The notes beneath the pieces were generated by a model. That model saw only the letters and a list, made by a program, of their open reading frames with translations, was not told the origin of the DNA and did no database searches. Shown piece by piece: positions 44,901 through 55,533 of a DNA stretch of 64,000 bases; positions within the stretch are counted from its first letter, which is position 1, and every line of letters begins with the position of its first letter. The position numbers were made by a program, and so were the translations under genes. This stretch comes from Chrysomallon squamiferum (taxonomy: Eukaryota > Animalia > Mollusca): positions 31,434,001-31,498,000 of the forward strand of contig CM022670.1 in assembly GCA_012295275.1 (NCBI GenBank), read 5' to 3'.

Positions 44901-47900
44901 ATGTACTTAATCATGTTTGAAAGATTTGAATTACAATAAAAATATATAATTATAGTAGTAGTGGAATATGTAAAACAAATACAACAAAAACAAAACAAAA
45001 AACTTAGAATTTTACTGAAACATTTTAAAGATAAAATATATACATATATATACTTAAATGAAATTGAATTTTACTAAAATAATAGTTTTACAGAGAAGTA
45101 TAATTAAAAATATTTAGTTAATGTTTGTCATTTTTCCTTTTTACTGAACATATATGGGAATATTGCTATTTCATACTGTGCGTGTGTGCATGTGTTTTAT
45201 ACATTGATAATATGATATAATTTCAACAGAAAATTAAATAACATTACAATTCACCAAATACAAACAATTTTGTTCTTTACTTGCGTAATTTAATATTTAC
45301 CCATCAGAATGATTTAGTGAACATATTTTATACTACAAAAAAAATAATATAAATATATATATATATAATAATAATAATAATAATACAATAGTCAAAAGCT
45401 GTACATCTTATAACTGAGATTTAAAAAATTATTACTGATAAAACAAAATTATCATATTTCTCTGTCATTCTATGTAGAAAATACATCAACTGTAAAAAGG
45501 GTTATTCCTTGAATGAGATCCCTAACCACAGCTTTGGAAAGGAAAAGATTAAGATGACATGGCTGCTCTGTTTAAATATAATTAGCAAAGGCACAACAAC
45601 AAAAGTTCACAACTGGACCATGTTATAAGAGAAAAACCATCAAAGCCTTTTATAACCATTGATGATTGAAAAATAACAATGTCAAATAATGGATAGCTAG
45701 TCAGGGAAGACCACCAACAAAGAACATCCTAGTTATTGTTATAATACTGACCCTTATTATAAGCAGTATCACAAAAGGACTTTCTGTGTGGTCACCAGAA
45801 CAAAGATGACTGCACTCTTTCTAGCCAATGAACATCTAGGTTATTTATTCTTAAGATGAAACTGAATATATTTTTGCTAACAAGAGTGCCAGCACTTCTA
45901 GAATCAGAAATATAATCTAATGTTTCTAGAATAGATTAGCACAGGTTTTTGAGAAAATATATGTGTGTGAGGTTAACTAACAGAAAGTTTAACTTAAACA
46001 AATTTTAAATTATTTTTACATTAATTATATTTTTACTTTTATTTTTAAAATTTAAATATTCAGAAGTGATTGTCTACCAATTGATCAGAACAAGATTGGT
46101 TATTTATTTATTTATTTATATTATTTGTTGGTTTATCTCAAATATTTAAAACTTAATACAAGTTTTAAAAAGCAAAAAAGTCAACTGTAACGCATACATA
46201 TACGCATGTTTACTCATTATTCACGGACTTAACTGCATTCACCCGATGTGTATTGATTAAGTTTGTTTTTCTATTACTGTCATTAGACCTATTTATTTAT
46301 TTATTTATTTTATTTTAAATAAATTTAAATTATATTCACTTTTCCCTGTATTTCTATGTTTTACCAGAAGACAAATTTACCATCATATAAAACAGAAATA
46401 TCTATTTCTGGATCTTATGCATGGTCGGTTCCTTACATCAGTGTACAAACAATTCTTGTGCAAGAACCATAATCCTAAACATGTTACTTCTACCGAATGA
46501 CACCAGAAGTATTGGAAATATTTCGCAATTGTGGTTCATAAATATTAACAGTACTCTCCTCTTTTATTTTTCCTCCAAGCAAATTATTTTCAGGTTTATA
46601 CGACACTGATAAGAAAAATATTAATCTCTGGCTAGAAGGTTTCACACTAAAATCGGTACACAGATCCAAGTGAACTTGATTGGATTGTGGCATAACAAAA
46701 ATAGTTAAATAAACAATACGTTGCGGCAAACAAACTATGCAAGGTCATGTGAAAAGCGATCAGTATGTCGTTGATGTTGAGTTATTTTAAAGTTTTTCAC
46801 GACTATTTCAATAAACACCACTGCGAAAAAATATAACTTTATTTTGAAAAATATTTTTAAAAGAAAGCTTATGCTTTATACGTAAAAAAACGTCTACACA
46901 ATGAGATCAGAAGAGAAGCGTGAAAAAACACACGCTGAAATATGGAATCCGTATATCGCTTTCTTTCCGTTCTGACCCGGTAGACCACACACGCACGTCG
47001 AGTTCATTGAATCGCTGGTTTCTAGGTCACGCCAAAGATGGCGGCGCCCATTGCTTTTAAAAATATACAATTTCGATTGTAAACAGCGTGCATGTTTCGA
47101 ACGTGCAGTTTAGTTATTTGCTGTTACTAGCATTGGAAGATATAATAGAAAACATGCGATTAGCCACTGATATTAGATGAAATCTTTAACAGTAATTTAC
47201 TAATATTAAAAGTACTATTTAAACCAAAGTCGTTATGCGTAACACGTGTTAAAATTTAAACTATTTTCTATACACATGCACGTGAACGTCATTTGTACGT
47301 AATTTGTATTTCATTACACAACAATGGTTTAAACATCATTTTCTTAAACTATGAGTTTAAACAGAGTATCACCAATAACATTTATATTTAATCATAATTA
47401 TGATTTTCATTTAGCTTTTAACAGTGCATTCAAATGTAAGATTCGATAAAGAATTTCTATTTTTATTATTGGTTACCCGCATTAGTAACAAATATCAGAA
47501 CACTCAAGCCTATAACGCAACACCAGTTCTACTAGTCATAAAAGAAACTGATATATATATATATTAAAATATTTTATTATAATATTATATTCTAAAAGTC
47601 TTATCCACTTTCTTTATATTATTGACATGATAATCTTTCATTTCTTGCTAGTGACAAAGGTATTTTAATTATGCAGATAACAACATTCTGATACATACCT
47701 TCTACCCATAACTCTTCTACATTCGTCTCTAACGTGGCAGTCTTTAATCCAACACAGCACAGTGAGAGTAAGAGTAATCCAACGAACAACACTTTTCCAC
47801 AATGTAACTGAATAAAACATCCAACACTGAACAAATATTTTTGAAGGTGCCACCGCAACCACAAAGCACACGTATTCCCGTCAGCTTTACCCTGAAGAGA

Positions 47901-48733
47901 AAAAAAAAATGAAAGTGCCTTTGAAAAAAATTAACTTATTGGTGGATAATTAATTGCTTTAAGTTAGAATATTCAACGGAAAAAAGAAAAAGAAAGAAAT
48001 ACAGACTGAAAATTAAAGAGTCTGAAACTGATTTTATAAACACAATAAGTTTGAAAGTGATCTAAACATGTTATGTAACTCGTTCAACATTAAATTATAT
48101 CCTGTTTGTTCGTTTGATTTGCATATCAGATTTGTTGACACCACTGGCTTCTTATCAGCCTCATCGCTGCCCCAGGTACATCAGTTTAATTATGTTTCTT
48201 CAAAGTTTAAATAAAAGAGATAACATGAAACGGTGTGTTTGTATACCTAATGTATACAGTTATTAAATCCGGTAGTTTCTACTCCACGTGCTGAAGGAGG
48301 AGCCATGCGACTAATACTATTTCCTCGTCACAGGTTAATAAACATGTCAAATGATTTCTAAAAATATCTAAATGATGCACAAGGGATGCCTCTTTCAAAC
48401 TGTGTATCTCAGCTTTAGATAAGTGACTTTCACCTCTATTGCGAATGAATACCACCCGTACGTACAAAGAACAGCAACAACAAAAAACTGCCACCCTGTA
48501 CGCTGGCGCTAATGTAAACAATCCCTTCTCTTGTGAAAAAAAGAGGGAAATCTTGTTCAGTCCACATGCTATTTCAAGAGAGGCATCCCGGCTTATCCAT
48601 GAGATGTACATGCTGGACTTACCTTTTTGATCTGCTTGTAAGCGAGTTCAGCATTCACCCAACTCGTCCTAGTAAGTAAATCGGGGTCCACCGTGTTTCC
48701 AATGTTACGTCTTGAAACTGTGGACATTGTCAT
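442..48733 (-). CDS. ptc: patched (Hedgehog receptor, RND/sterol-sensing-domain 12-TM protein), spliced gene span; 23 coding exons in window, 3' end truncated by window edge
   Basis: Manually joined exons give one open frame of 3237 nt (1079 codons) with Patched motifs: [73 protein letters not shown] (SSD GxxxDD), [19 protein letters not shown]. All introns are GT-AG with consistent phases. Confidence 0.97.
848..1039 (-). CDS. ptc: patched exon 22 ([29 protein letters not shown]...[10 protein letters not shown]; TM8)
   Basis: GLPNYP-G-PF-FWEQY motif; 192 nt. Confidence 0.97.
1244..1332 (-). CDS. ptc: patched exon 21 ([30 protein letters not shown])
   Basis: 89 nt; canonical sites; phase fits. 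Confidence 0.94.
1556..1727 (-). CDS. ptc: patched exon 20 ([29 protein letters not shown]...ELNFV)
   Basis: [19 protein letters not shown] motif. Confidence 0.96.
2044..2189 (-). CDS. ptc: patched exon 19 ([13 protein letters not shown]...[12 protein letters not shown]...DKDQ)
   Basis: LQ-AFD-D and LAYKLL-QTG motifs; not called in the ORF track. Confidence 0.95.
2604..2742 (-). CDS. ptc: patched exon 18 ([16 protein letters not shown]...[14 protein letters not shown])
   Basis: 139 nt; canonical sites. Confidence 0.95.
3211..3384 (-). CDS. ptc: patched exon 17 ([35 protein letters not shown]...FYNIFAVTQ; TM7)
   Basis: DGLDLTD-VPR-T motif; 174 nt. Confidence 0.97.
4954..5114 (-). CDS. ptc: patched exon 16 ([12 protein letters not shown]...[21 protein letters not shown])
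   Basis: W-L--FA---Y-P motif before TM7; canonical sites; phase fits. Confidence 0.92.
5640..5875 (-). CDS. ptc: patched exon 15 (cytoplasmic middle loop; [17 protein letters not shown]...SPPPSY...RNVSLSS)
   Basis: Only the TTCAG| acceptor at 5876/5875 keeps phase 2 from exon 14; G|GTATTT donor. The loop is poorly conserved, so the 5' boundary is less certain. Confidence 0.8.
6135..6253 (-). CDS. ptc: patched exon 14 ([39 protein letters not shown]; TM6)
   Basis: 119 nt; canonical sites; RREDKR-D-LCCF motif. Confidence 0.96.
7787..7912 (-). CDS. ptc: patched exon 13 ([42 protein letters not shown])
   Basis: GECLKRTG and [12 protein letters not shown] motifs; 126 nt. Confidence 0.97.
9505..9559. 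repeat. (CA)n microsatellite
   Basis: Direct reading. Confidence 0.95.
11684..11779 (-). CDS. ptc: patched exon 12 ([32 protein letters not shown]; TM4 GxxxDD)
   Basis: RND-type GLGVDD motif; 96 nt; canonical sites. Confidence 0.97.
12030..12188 (-). CDS. ptc: patched exon 11 ([29 protein letters not shown]...ITFNASTTQ; sterol-sensing domain)
   Basis: SQ-G-G-AGVLLV and FNASTTQ motifs; 159 nt. Confidence 0.96.
12447..12578 (-). CDS. ptc: patched exon 10 (ILNKYTND...[16 protein letters not shown]; TM2)
   Basis: 132 nt, canonical sites; not called in the ORF track. Confidence 0.95.
12870..13017 (-). CDS. ptc: patched exon 9 ([20 protein letters not shown]...[11 protein letters not shown])
   Basis: TTTAG| acceptor, GAG|GTAGAA donor, 148 nt. 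Confidence 0.95.
13151..13330. mobile_element. candidate degenerate MITE-like insertion
   Basis: Imperfect terminal inverted ends GGGGGCTAATCCAG ... CTAGATCTGCC; internal GAGGGGGG/CCCCCCTC hairpin; flanking 9-bp direct repeat ACAGCTAAT at 13142 and 13331. Confidence 0.4.
13562..13683 (-). CDS. ptc: patched exon 8 ([40 protein letters not shown])
   Basis: GC-GFA-KYM-W-E-LI-GG motif; 122 nt; canonical sites. Confidence 0.96.
17162..17254 (-). CDS. ptc: patched exon 7 ([31 protein letters not shown])
   Basis: KPCLDP-DPECP-TAPNK motif; canonical splice sites. Confidence 0.96.
17608..17743 (-). CDS. ptc: patched exon 6 ([20 protein letters not shown]...LEEVFER)
   Basis: TTTCAG| acceptor, |GTAAGA donor; phase fits exons 5 and 7. 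Confidence 0.9.
20358..20870. repeat. degenerate ~27-bp tandem repeat
   Basis: Recurring AATAAAGAACTTATAAGGCTATATCT-like units. Confidence 0.7.
22411..22484. repeat. (CT)n microsatellite
   Basis: Direct reading. Confidence 0.95.
23627..23635 (+). promoter_or_regulatory. optimal Gli/Ci site in ptc intron 5
   Basis: Exact GACCACCCA (context TGACCACCCACA). Confidence 0.55.
24912..24960. promoter_or_regulatory. perfect 24-bp-arm inverted repeat containing two optimal Gli sites (24922-24930 and 24942-24950)
   Basis: GGTGACTTTGTGGGTGGTCATCAG-C-CTGATGACCACCCACAAAGTCACC. Confidence 0.75.
25589..25686 (-). CDS. ptc: patched exon 5 ([32 protein letters not shown])
   Basis: Hallmark [10 protein letters not shown] motif; TTTTGCAG| acceptor, |GTGAGT donor. 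Confidence 0.96.
26310..26379 (-). CDS. ptc: patched exon 4 ([24 protein letters not shown])
   Basis: TTTTCAG| acceptor, |GTAAGT donor, 70 nt, in phase. Confidence 0.93.
26676..26862 (-). CDS. ptc: patched exon 3 ([17 protein letters not shown]...ELVIQTP...INVVIDG)
   Basis: TTTTTCAG| acceptor, |GTAAGT donor, 187 nt; not called in the ORF track. Confidence 0.95.
27797..27805 (-). promoter_or_regulatory. optimal Gli/Ci site near the 3' end of ptc intron 2
   Basis: TGGGTGGTC on the + strand, i.e. GACCACCCA(CA) on the - strand. Confidence 0.55.
29945..30200. repeat. degenerate ~26-bp tandem repeat with internal GTAAAC/GTTTAC dyad
   Basis: Recurring CATCAAGTAAACAnnnGGTTTACCAA-like units. Confidence 0.65.
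30968..31011. repeat. near-perfect 44-bp AT-rich palindrome
   Basis: AATTCTTTTTATAACT (30968-30983) and AGTTATAAAAAGAATT (30996-31011) with a mostly paired centre. Confidence 0.85.
32797..33334. repeat. 50-bp minisatellite, about 10.5 near-identical copies
   Basis: AGTGTAAACA recurs at exactly 50-nt spacing from 32831 to 33281; unit TGTGTGTGCTTCTGTATGTGTAAATGTGCACATGTGAGTGTAAACATAGA. Confidence 0.95.
37850..38220. repeat. degenerate C/A-rich short tandem repeat
   Basis: Recurring ACATATCCAC(A/C/T)ATAC-like units with strong strand asymmetry. Confidence 0.55.
43843..43902. repeat. compound (GT)n/(GCGT)n microsatellite
   Basis: Direct reading. Confidence 0.85.
47035..47045 (+). promoter_or_regulatory. 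YY1/Pho consensus motif
   Basis: AAGATGGCGGC in a CpG-dense patch, about 45 bp from the Gli variant GACCACACA (46983-46991). Confidence 0.45.
47699..47891 (-). CDS. ptc: patched exon 2 ([17 protein letters not shown]...[11 protein letters not shown]; TM1)
   Basis: TTCAG| acceptor, G|GTATGT donor, 193 nt. Confidence 0.96.
48623..48733 (-). CDS. ptc: patched coding exon 1 ([37 protein letters not shown])
   Basis: ATG at 48733; donor AAG|GTAAGT at 48623/48622; conserved N-terminal Ptc motif. The start codon choice (48733 vs 48727, or an upstream exon) is uncertain. Confidence 0.85.
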
Positions 48734-49139
48734 CGCCTGCAAAAATACGGATACAGTCGCAATGCTAACACACGGGGCATGTTGGAGATGCCCCACATTC
48801 GATCCAGTTCGTCTCTTCGCTGTAACTAAACTTCACTTGTTTGTTTCTATGGGTAACTCTCGTAGTTCTAGGCGCTGGGTGAGACCAGCTTTCCATCTTT
48901 TGGTCGTCATAAAGCTAGTATCTTCCGAGTAAAATCCACAACAAACCGGAATCCATGAACTTCTCGGTTCGACTGAATCTCTAACTGACATCAATTTGCA
49001 TACAGTCCCTTCCCCCTTTCGTGCCATAACCTGATTGACATAAAACAGATCTCAGCGCCGATTGGTCTGCTGCCAGTAGGATACGCTCCGTAACGCCAGC
49101 CTCACATTAGTTACCTAGCAACAGCTCACCCAGGTTGTA

Positions 49140-49148
49140 GACCACCCA
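49140..49148 (+). promoter_or_regulatory. optimal Gli/Ci binding site near the ptc promoter
   Basis: Exact GACCACCCA about 400 bp upstream of the ptc ATG, inside CpG-rich DNA; ptc is a canonical Gli/Ci target. Confidence 0.75.
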
Positions 49149-50393
49149 AGTTGATATGGAGCCCACGTTCGAACAAACAATAATCTTCTAAAAGCCCACT
49201 GCCAAAAGCGCGGTTGAGGTCTGATGTATATCAAAGCAAGTGAAACGTTATCTGCCATCAGTCATAACCGTATTTTCTCAGTATCACAGTCCCACTTATG
49301 TGAGAATTTACTTTTATTCAAAAGACATAAACATTCAAATAGTGTGTAGGATTGCCGAATTTTAGGGCGACATCACACTGTACCAAATCAATTGAAAAAG
49401 TGGTATTGTCCTTGCACAAAGGGACCTAAAAATGGACGCAGTCAATGAAAGAGAATTTATTGTGTTCAAATTCTCGATCCGTGTGATAGCATATAACATA
49501 TCTTTTTAGCAAGGAAGCAACAAACGATTGTTAGGAGTCTATACGTCCAAAATGTCGACAGTCAAAACTGAGAAAGAGAAGAAGAAAAAAAAATATTCAG
49601 AGACGTGGGTCTGTTGCCAGCGCTAGAGTTATGTCCATAATTTTAGCAGGCGTGATGGCATCTCAGTAAACATGAATAGAGTTTCCTATATGTCAGCTGG
49701 GCACATAATTCCTCTCACGGGTGGGCAGTAGAGCTGTTCGTTCAGCCAAGACTTGGTCGATGGTGGTATACGATTTCATCATAATCGGCAGAAGGGAAAG
49801 AAGAGAGGAAGAAAAAATACAGTATAGACTGTCAGCCAGGACTACGTTCAAGAAATTAAGCATGCAGGTGGTAGATAAAGACAGGTCATCTATGCTACTA
49901 GGCGGTCTTGTGCAGATCTAATCATTGTAGACGTGGAAAGAGAGCGAATAAAGATGGTTACTTTTTAGAGTATGTTTCGACTGGTGACTAAATCTAATTC
50001 AGTCACTCTTCAAAAAGATGAAAGAAAGAAACAAAAAACAACAAAAAAACATTCATAGATAATTCCATATTCATCCTTTTATTGAATTTGTTTTCCGTAC
50101 CATTTTTTTTTTTGCCTGCCTAAAAAATGACGGTGAAGATACTACAAATTAGACGAAAAATAGAAATAGTTACAAACATTTAGTGATATAATCCAAACAT
50201 TAAAAAATTAAACATATTTATCACGCAAAACTAAAAACAATAAGATACAGATGTAATAAAATTGTAGCTGTGATTTTTAACTTTTGTTCGGTGTTTGATA
50301 TTAGTGTAAATATGTAGTAAGACTCGGTCTGGATATCAAAGTTGAGAAAGTCGTTTGAAAGGCACAAATACATGTATAAGAAAAAACACACGT

Positions 50394-50398
50394 GTATG

Positions 50399-50429
<31 letters not shown>

Positions 50430-50456
50430 GTATGTTTGTATGTGTGTGTGTGTGTG
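50394..50456. repeat. (TATG)n followed by (TG)n
   Basis: Direct reading. Confidence 0.85.
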
Positions 50457-52852
50457 CCTGTAGATGTACATGCGTGTATGTATACATGTGTATATATCTA
50501 TAACTCGTACGGATATTTGTATTTTTTATGTGTATGTATAATAATTATAGTAATTTTTAAAGTATTACATTAGGTCTTGAACTGTATATTAAATTAATAT
50601 TAAAGTAATTGCTTACGTTCTAATCAAATTACTTAGTGTACGTGGGAACATGTTGGTACGTGCGCGTTTTTCTGTGTGATCTTCAAATATATATCTGTAA
50701 TACACGGGTCTAAAGGCTCTTGTCCGTATCAGATTAATCTAATGGTACATATTTTGCAAAAATAAAATTCAATACATGTACACTGTTCATCTTTGCTTGA
50801 AACAATAAGTTTGTTGTGGTAGAATGGAGAAATAAACGGGTGTAAACGTTATGGAAAATGATAGAGATTATTTTGGAATCTTTTACAGATTTGGAGGTTT
50901 TGTTGATGGGAATCTTGAAATTATTTGGTTCCAGAGTGACAAAATCCGATTTTTTAAGCTTTTTATCACTAAACATATTAACTTTTGTTTTGAAAGTTAT
51001 ATCTACTACAAAGATGACACCGTGTATATTTGACCTTATATGTCTGAAATCCATGATTCGCCTCAAATTAATAATGTAAGAAAATGATTTTTAACATTAA
51101 TTGTTAAATTGTTCTTTCTTTTAAATTAATCAATAAACAATTAAACTGGATAGAAAATAACAAAATAGAATCTAAGGAGTTAATCTAACTGGTCGAAATC
51201 TGTTGAGAGATGGTTTGCTTCTGATTGTTAATCTGTACCGTGTACAATTTCTTTGATAGTTTACAAAAACCCCTTTGTAAGATTTTATTTACTCTATAAC
51301 AGACCTAGAATATCAATGCCATTACTATAATAATAATAAAATTAAAAATACATAAGTATGAAAAACCTTCTTGTATTGAGTATTTTATTTACATAGGTGC
51401 AACACATGCCAATACAGAAATGTACTAATTCTATTCATGTTAAAATGTTGGTTTACAAAATCACGCACAAATGGTGTATGAAAGAGACACGATATTTAGT
51501 GAGTTGACTGTATATGCTTTATATCTTTACCTCTTGTGTAGTTCTTTAGGCTTATCTTCGTGGTATACGTTTCACGATCGAAACATTGGGTGCAGTACAA
51601 TTTTGGGGCCATGTCGGGCTTATTTAAATGCAAATTGCCATTGTTGATGAATCGTATACGATCTTGTTACTACGTCGAGGAGAGTCGCTTACTATTGAAA
51701 CAGGTGAAATAAGTGGATATACAAAACATGTAAATAATACAGAAGTTTTCACGCAAGCACGTCACCTTCTCATAATTATGCACAGATGAGCGAGTCCAAT
51801 ATGACCCGGATTCTCTCCCACTACGCTACTCAAGAAAGCTGGTAAGAGGTAACATAACAAAGCCTTTCATTTATATTTTTTTATTTTTTTTATTTTTATG
51901 ACATAGTAGTCGACAATTTTCGTCAAGCAGCGGGATTCTTCGAGCCGAGAATATTAAAAGCAATATGAATCGGGTTTTTTGGTCATAACCATTTAATTAT
52001 TGTCAGACATCAAACGTAACAAAGGTAGCAGTTTGTGCTTCTTACTTTCCGCGTGTAAATTTGATTTGTTAATACAAGTAAGCATACATGTGTATAGTAA
52101 TTCAAACAAAATCCTTGTCTAACGAATACAGATTAAAATTTCACCGATATATTTGAAAACATCCAGTTTAAGTTATAAGTGATATAATTATAACGTTATA
52201 TAAAACATTTTTTCTTGCACTATTTTCCATTTATTTATAGCAGTTAAACATTTTATTTTAAATATATCGTAAATGCAATTTATTTGAGCTATCTGTGAAA
52301 ATAAACTTCATTTCTGCGCAATGTGTCATTTTCCAAAGAGCAACTTTGGTATTAGATAATTCTTCGCCAACCGGTTTTATAACTCATCATGCCGTTAACA
52401 GGAGAATATCATTAAAACCCTTGAGAAATAATTGAGGTCTTGCATGAAACCCTGGTAGGTAAATGCTTGCCATTTTAATCATATCAAACGGATGATAAAC
52501 TGCGACACTGAATTTTCTTCAGAGGAAAAGTTCGCCAAAAGCTCTGTGGCTAATTATGTTTTTATCATGTAAAAAGAGTATTGAACAGGGTATGAGTAGA
52601 TTCCCTTCTTATTTAATTCATTACAAACAGAGACATTTTTTTTTTTTCTCTAACCACACTTAAGGCCACCCAAGAAGTTCGAGTAATATAAACAGTGAGA
52701 CTAATAAGTAATGTATATGGTTTGTCTGGTAAATAAAGGGTACAGTTCCTCTCACGGTAAACAAAATCGATGTTACGCAACATTCCCATTATACAATTAA
52801 AACTTCATTATGGCAGGTGTCTTATTTCAACATTCTTTTTTCTTTCTTCCTT

Positions 52853-52885
<33 letters not shown>

Positions 52886-53041
52886 CTATTTTTTAAATAA
52901 GTAGTGAACACCTGGAAATTATCGTTTACTAATTAGACATTTTATTAAATGAAATTACGAAAATATGATCATTCTGTCTTCAATATCTTCATTATCTGTA
53001 TATGTGTATAGCTGAATGAAACTAACAACAACAAAAACAAA

Positions 53042-53116
53042 AACATAACATAACATAACATAACATAACATAACATAACATAACATAACAAAACAAAACA
53101 AAACAAAACAAAACAA
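53042..53116. repeat. (ACATA)n followed by (ACAAA)n
   Basis: Direct reading. Confidence 0.9.
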
Positions 53117-54905
53117 AGCAAAATAAGAAAGAAGAAAGAAAAGAAATGAAGCAAAAAAAAAAAACAGATGAGCCAGTATCTAGAATTTTAATTATCAAAT
53201 CTTTATATACGAAAATACGTCACAACGGAAGATGGGAAAACAGAAAATTACTACTTTCGTGTATTTGCGTAATGACATTATTTAATACTTCATTTACTAT
53301 ATTATGAATAAAGATTGGTCGTTAGTAATACTAAAACAATAGCATATAACTATACAAAACATGTTTACTTTATCATGTCAAACTACCAAACATGTTCCTG
53401 TATCAAAAACCTGTGCGCACGCACGAACAAACTACACGCAAACAAACGCTGATAGACAATGTATTTTATCAGCAAATTTATCTTGCACTACAGTACTTTA
53501 CTTTCACTGCAGTGCCTTCGTTATTTGTCTGTTTGTTCGTGACATCTGCAACTCAGATAAGACAATCTCTGCATGAAATAAACGCAGGAAATCGGAAGCA
53601 GAAGAGAGATGGTGGTAAAAAAGAACACGCTTCATGAACGAGTTTCGGGAATGTCTTTGATGTTTTGAAACTTCCAATTGTGAATGTCTGTAGCTGTGTA
53701 AAAATCTTGTATACAAATGTTCTTCTGTAAGTTTATGCTTACTGCAGCTTCTTGAATTATGCCTTATTGAATTTTCAGAGGAGAGAAAAGAAAAAGACAC
53801 TATCGAAAGGTGCCATCACAAACAAGGCTAACATTACTAGAGACTCTTGCGCAACTTGGGTGGTGTTTTGCGATAAATTATATTAAAAGACATCAAATGC
53901 AACATCTACACTTTAATTATTTGTACTTCGAAATTAATTTGAAAGTGAAATATAACATGCTCCCCAAAATTAAAGATAATTAATTCCTTATAATAAAACA
54001 TAACGCTGATGTCAAATATGAATATAACAACACAGACTTTTAGGTTTTAACGCAAGGAAAATTAACGTGCCCATTTCTGCTAAAACGAGTAACACCATAC
54101 GGGGTTTTGTAGGATTTTCGCAAAAGTTTCGAAAAATAAAATTTTATACCTTTTTATACCCAATCTCATTTATTAGTTTCGTAACTCAAAACCAGAAACA
54201 TTTAAATAATTTAAATATCGTTCGATTTTATTATTACTATTTAATCACATCCACCTTACAAGATGAAAGCAGTACGATTTGTTGATTCTGCGTTTCTTCA
54301 ACAGATAGTTCTAACAAAAAAATAATAATTCTTATATGTAGAAGATTTATTACATCTCATCATTTTAAAATAATTAATGTTTATTAGGAATTAATTAAAC
54401 ATTTGTTTTGATTTGGTTAAAGAGGAATACTGATGCTGATAATACGGGTGCTGTTTTAATCCATTCCATAGTTAAGATGTTACATACCATGTCTTTTTAT
54501 ATAATTCTCATCTGGAACGGGAAATAGTCCAACGGTCATAAACGAAAGAAGAATCGATCCAGCAACCTATCACATTTTAAAACTTTGCTATAGATAACTT
54601 ATGGATTTGAAATTTTATAGTTTTTTGCAGTTTCACGAACAAATTTCTGACACCTAGTATGATTTGTTTTCGTCTGAAGAATAATTTTGAGAACTTTACT
54701 TCTCCCTCTGATCAGTGTCAAATAATACGTATCATCACTATCTAATATTTTTCTAGGTGAAATGAAGCAGATTGATTAAGGGAATGATATTCGTTACGTC
54801 ATTCCTCATTTCCTAGAACATTATCTTTCAGCTGCATCACAGACCAAGGAGCGTAACAAAGAACGTGAAATTATTTGTACTGAGAGATAACTGAATTAAT
54901 ATTTA

Positions 54906-54959
<54 letters not shown>

Positions 54960-55056
54960 AATAAATAAATAAATAAAAATGAAATAAAGTATAATCAAAT
55001 AAAATATAATATAATATAATATAATATAATATAATATAATATAATATAATATAATA
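54906..55056. repeat. compound (AAT)n/(AAAT)n/(ATAAT)n microsatellite
   Basis: Direct reading. Confidence 0.9.
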
Positions 55057-55485
55057 TTTTTGTCATTATGTATCAGTTTTATGTATGATATAAAAAGATG
55101 ATGATAAGACAGTCGTATCCATTTATACCACACACTTAATAACATACATCTTTCGAATAATAGTGAAGCTTGAACAGCAATAATGTCTGGGTAGAATACT
55201 TTTATCTTCTTCTTGACAGATTTTAATTTTTTTGAAGAAATGTGGTACCCCTCTGGGATTACAGACCCCGAAGCTTAAGCTTTATTAGTTTTTAATAGAT
55301 CCGCCTCTGATAATAGTACAGATATTCAACACTGACTAGAAATAACACACCATGGTTTCACTTAGGGAGCGTTAAAACTCTTAAATTAATATAGATCAGT
55401 ATATAACTAAAATTTTCGATTTCTCAAACATATTAGATTATAATAATGTCACAGCAGAGTGCATGAACATTGACTGGTTATGTAT

Positions 55486-55487
<2 letters not shown>

Positions 55488-55530
<43 letters not shown>
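55488..55530. repeat. (CA)n microsatellite
   Basis: Direct reading. Confidence 0.95.

Positions 55531-55533
<3 letters not shown>

Noticed and set aside
26863-47698. A nested protein-coding gene or autonomous transposon in the 20.8-kb ptc intron 2
   Set aside because: I found no ORF or exon chain with a recognisable domain (no reverse transcriptase or transposase); small exons cannot be excluded by eye.
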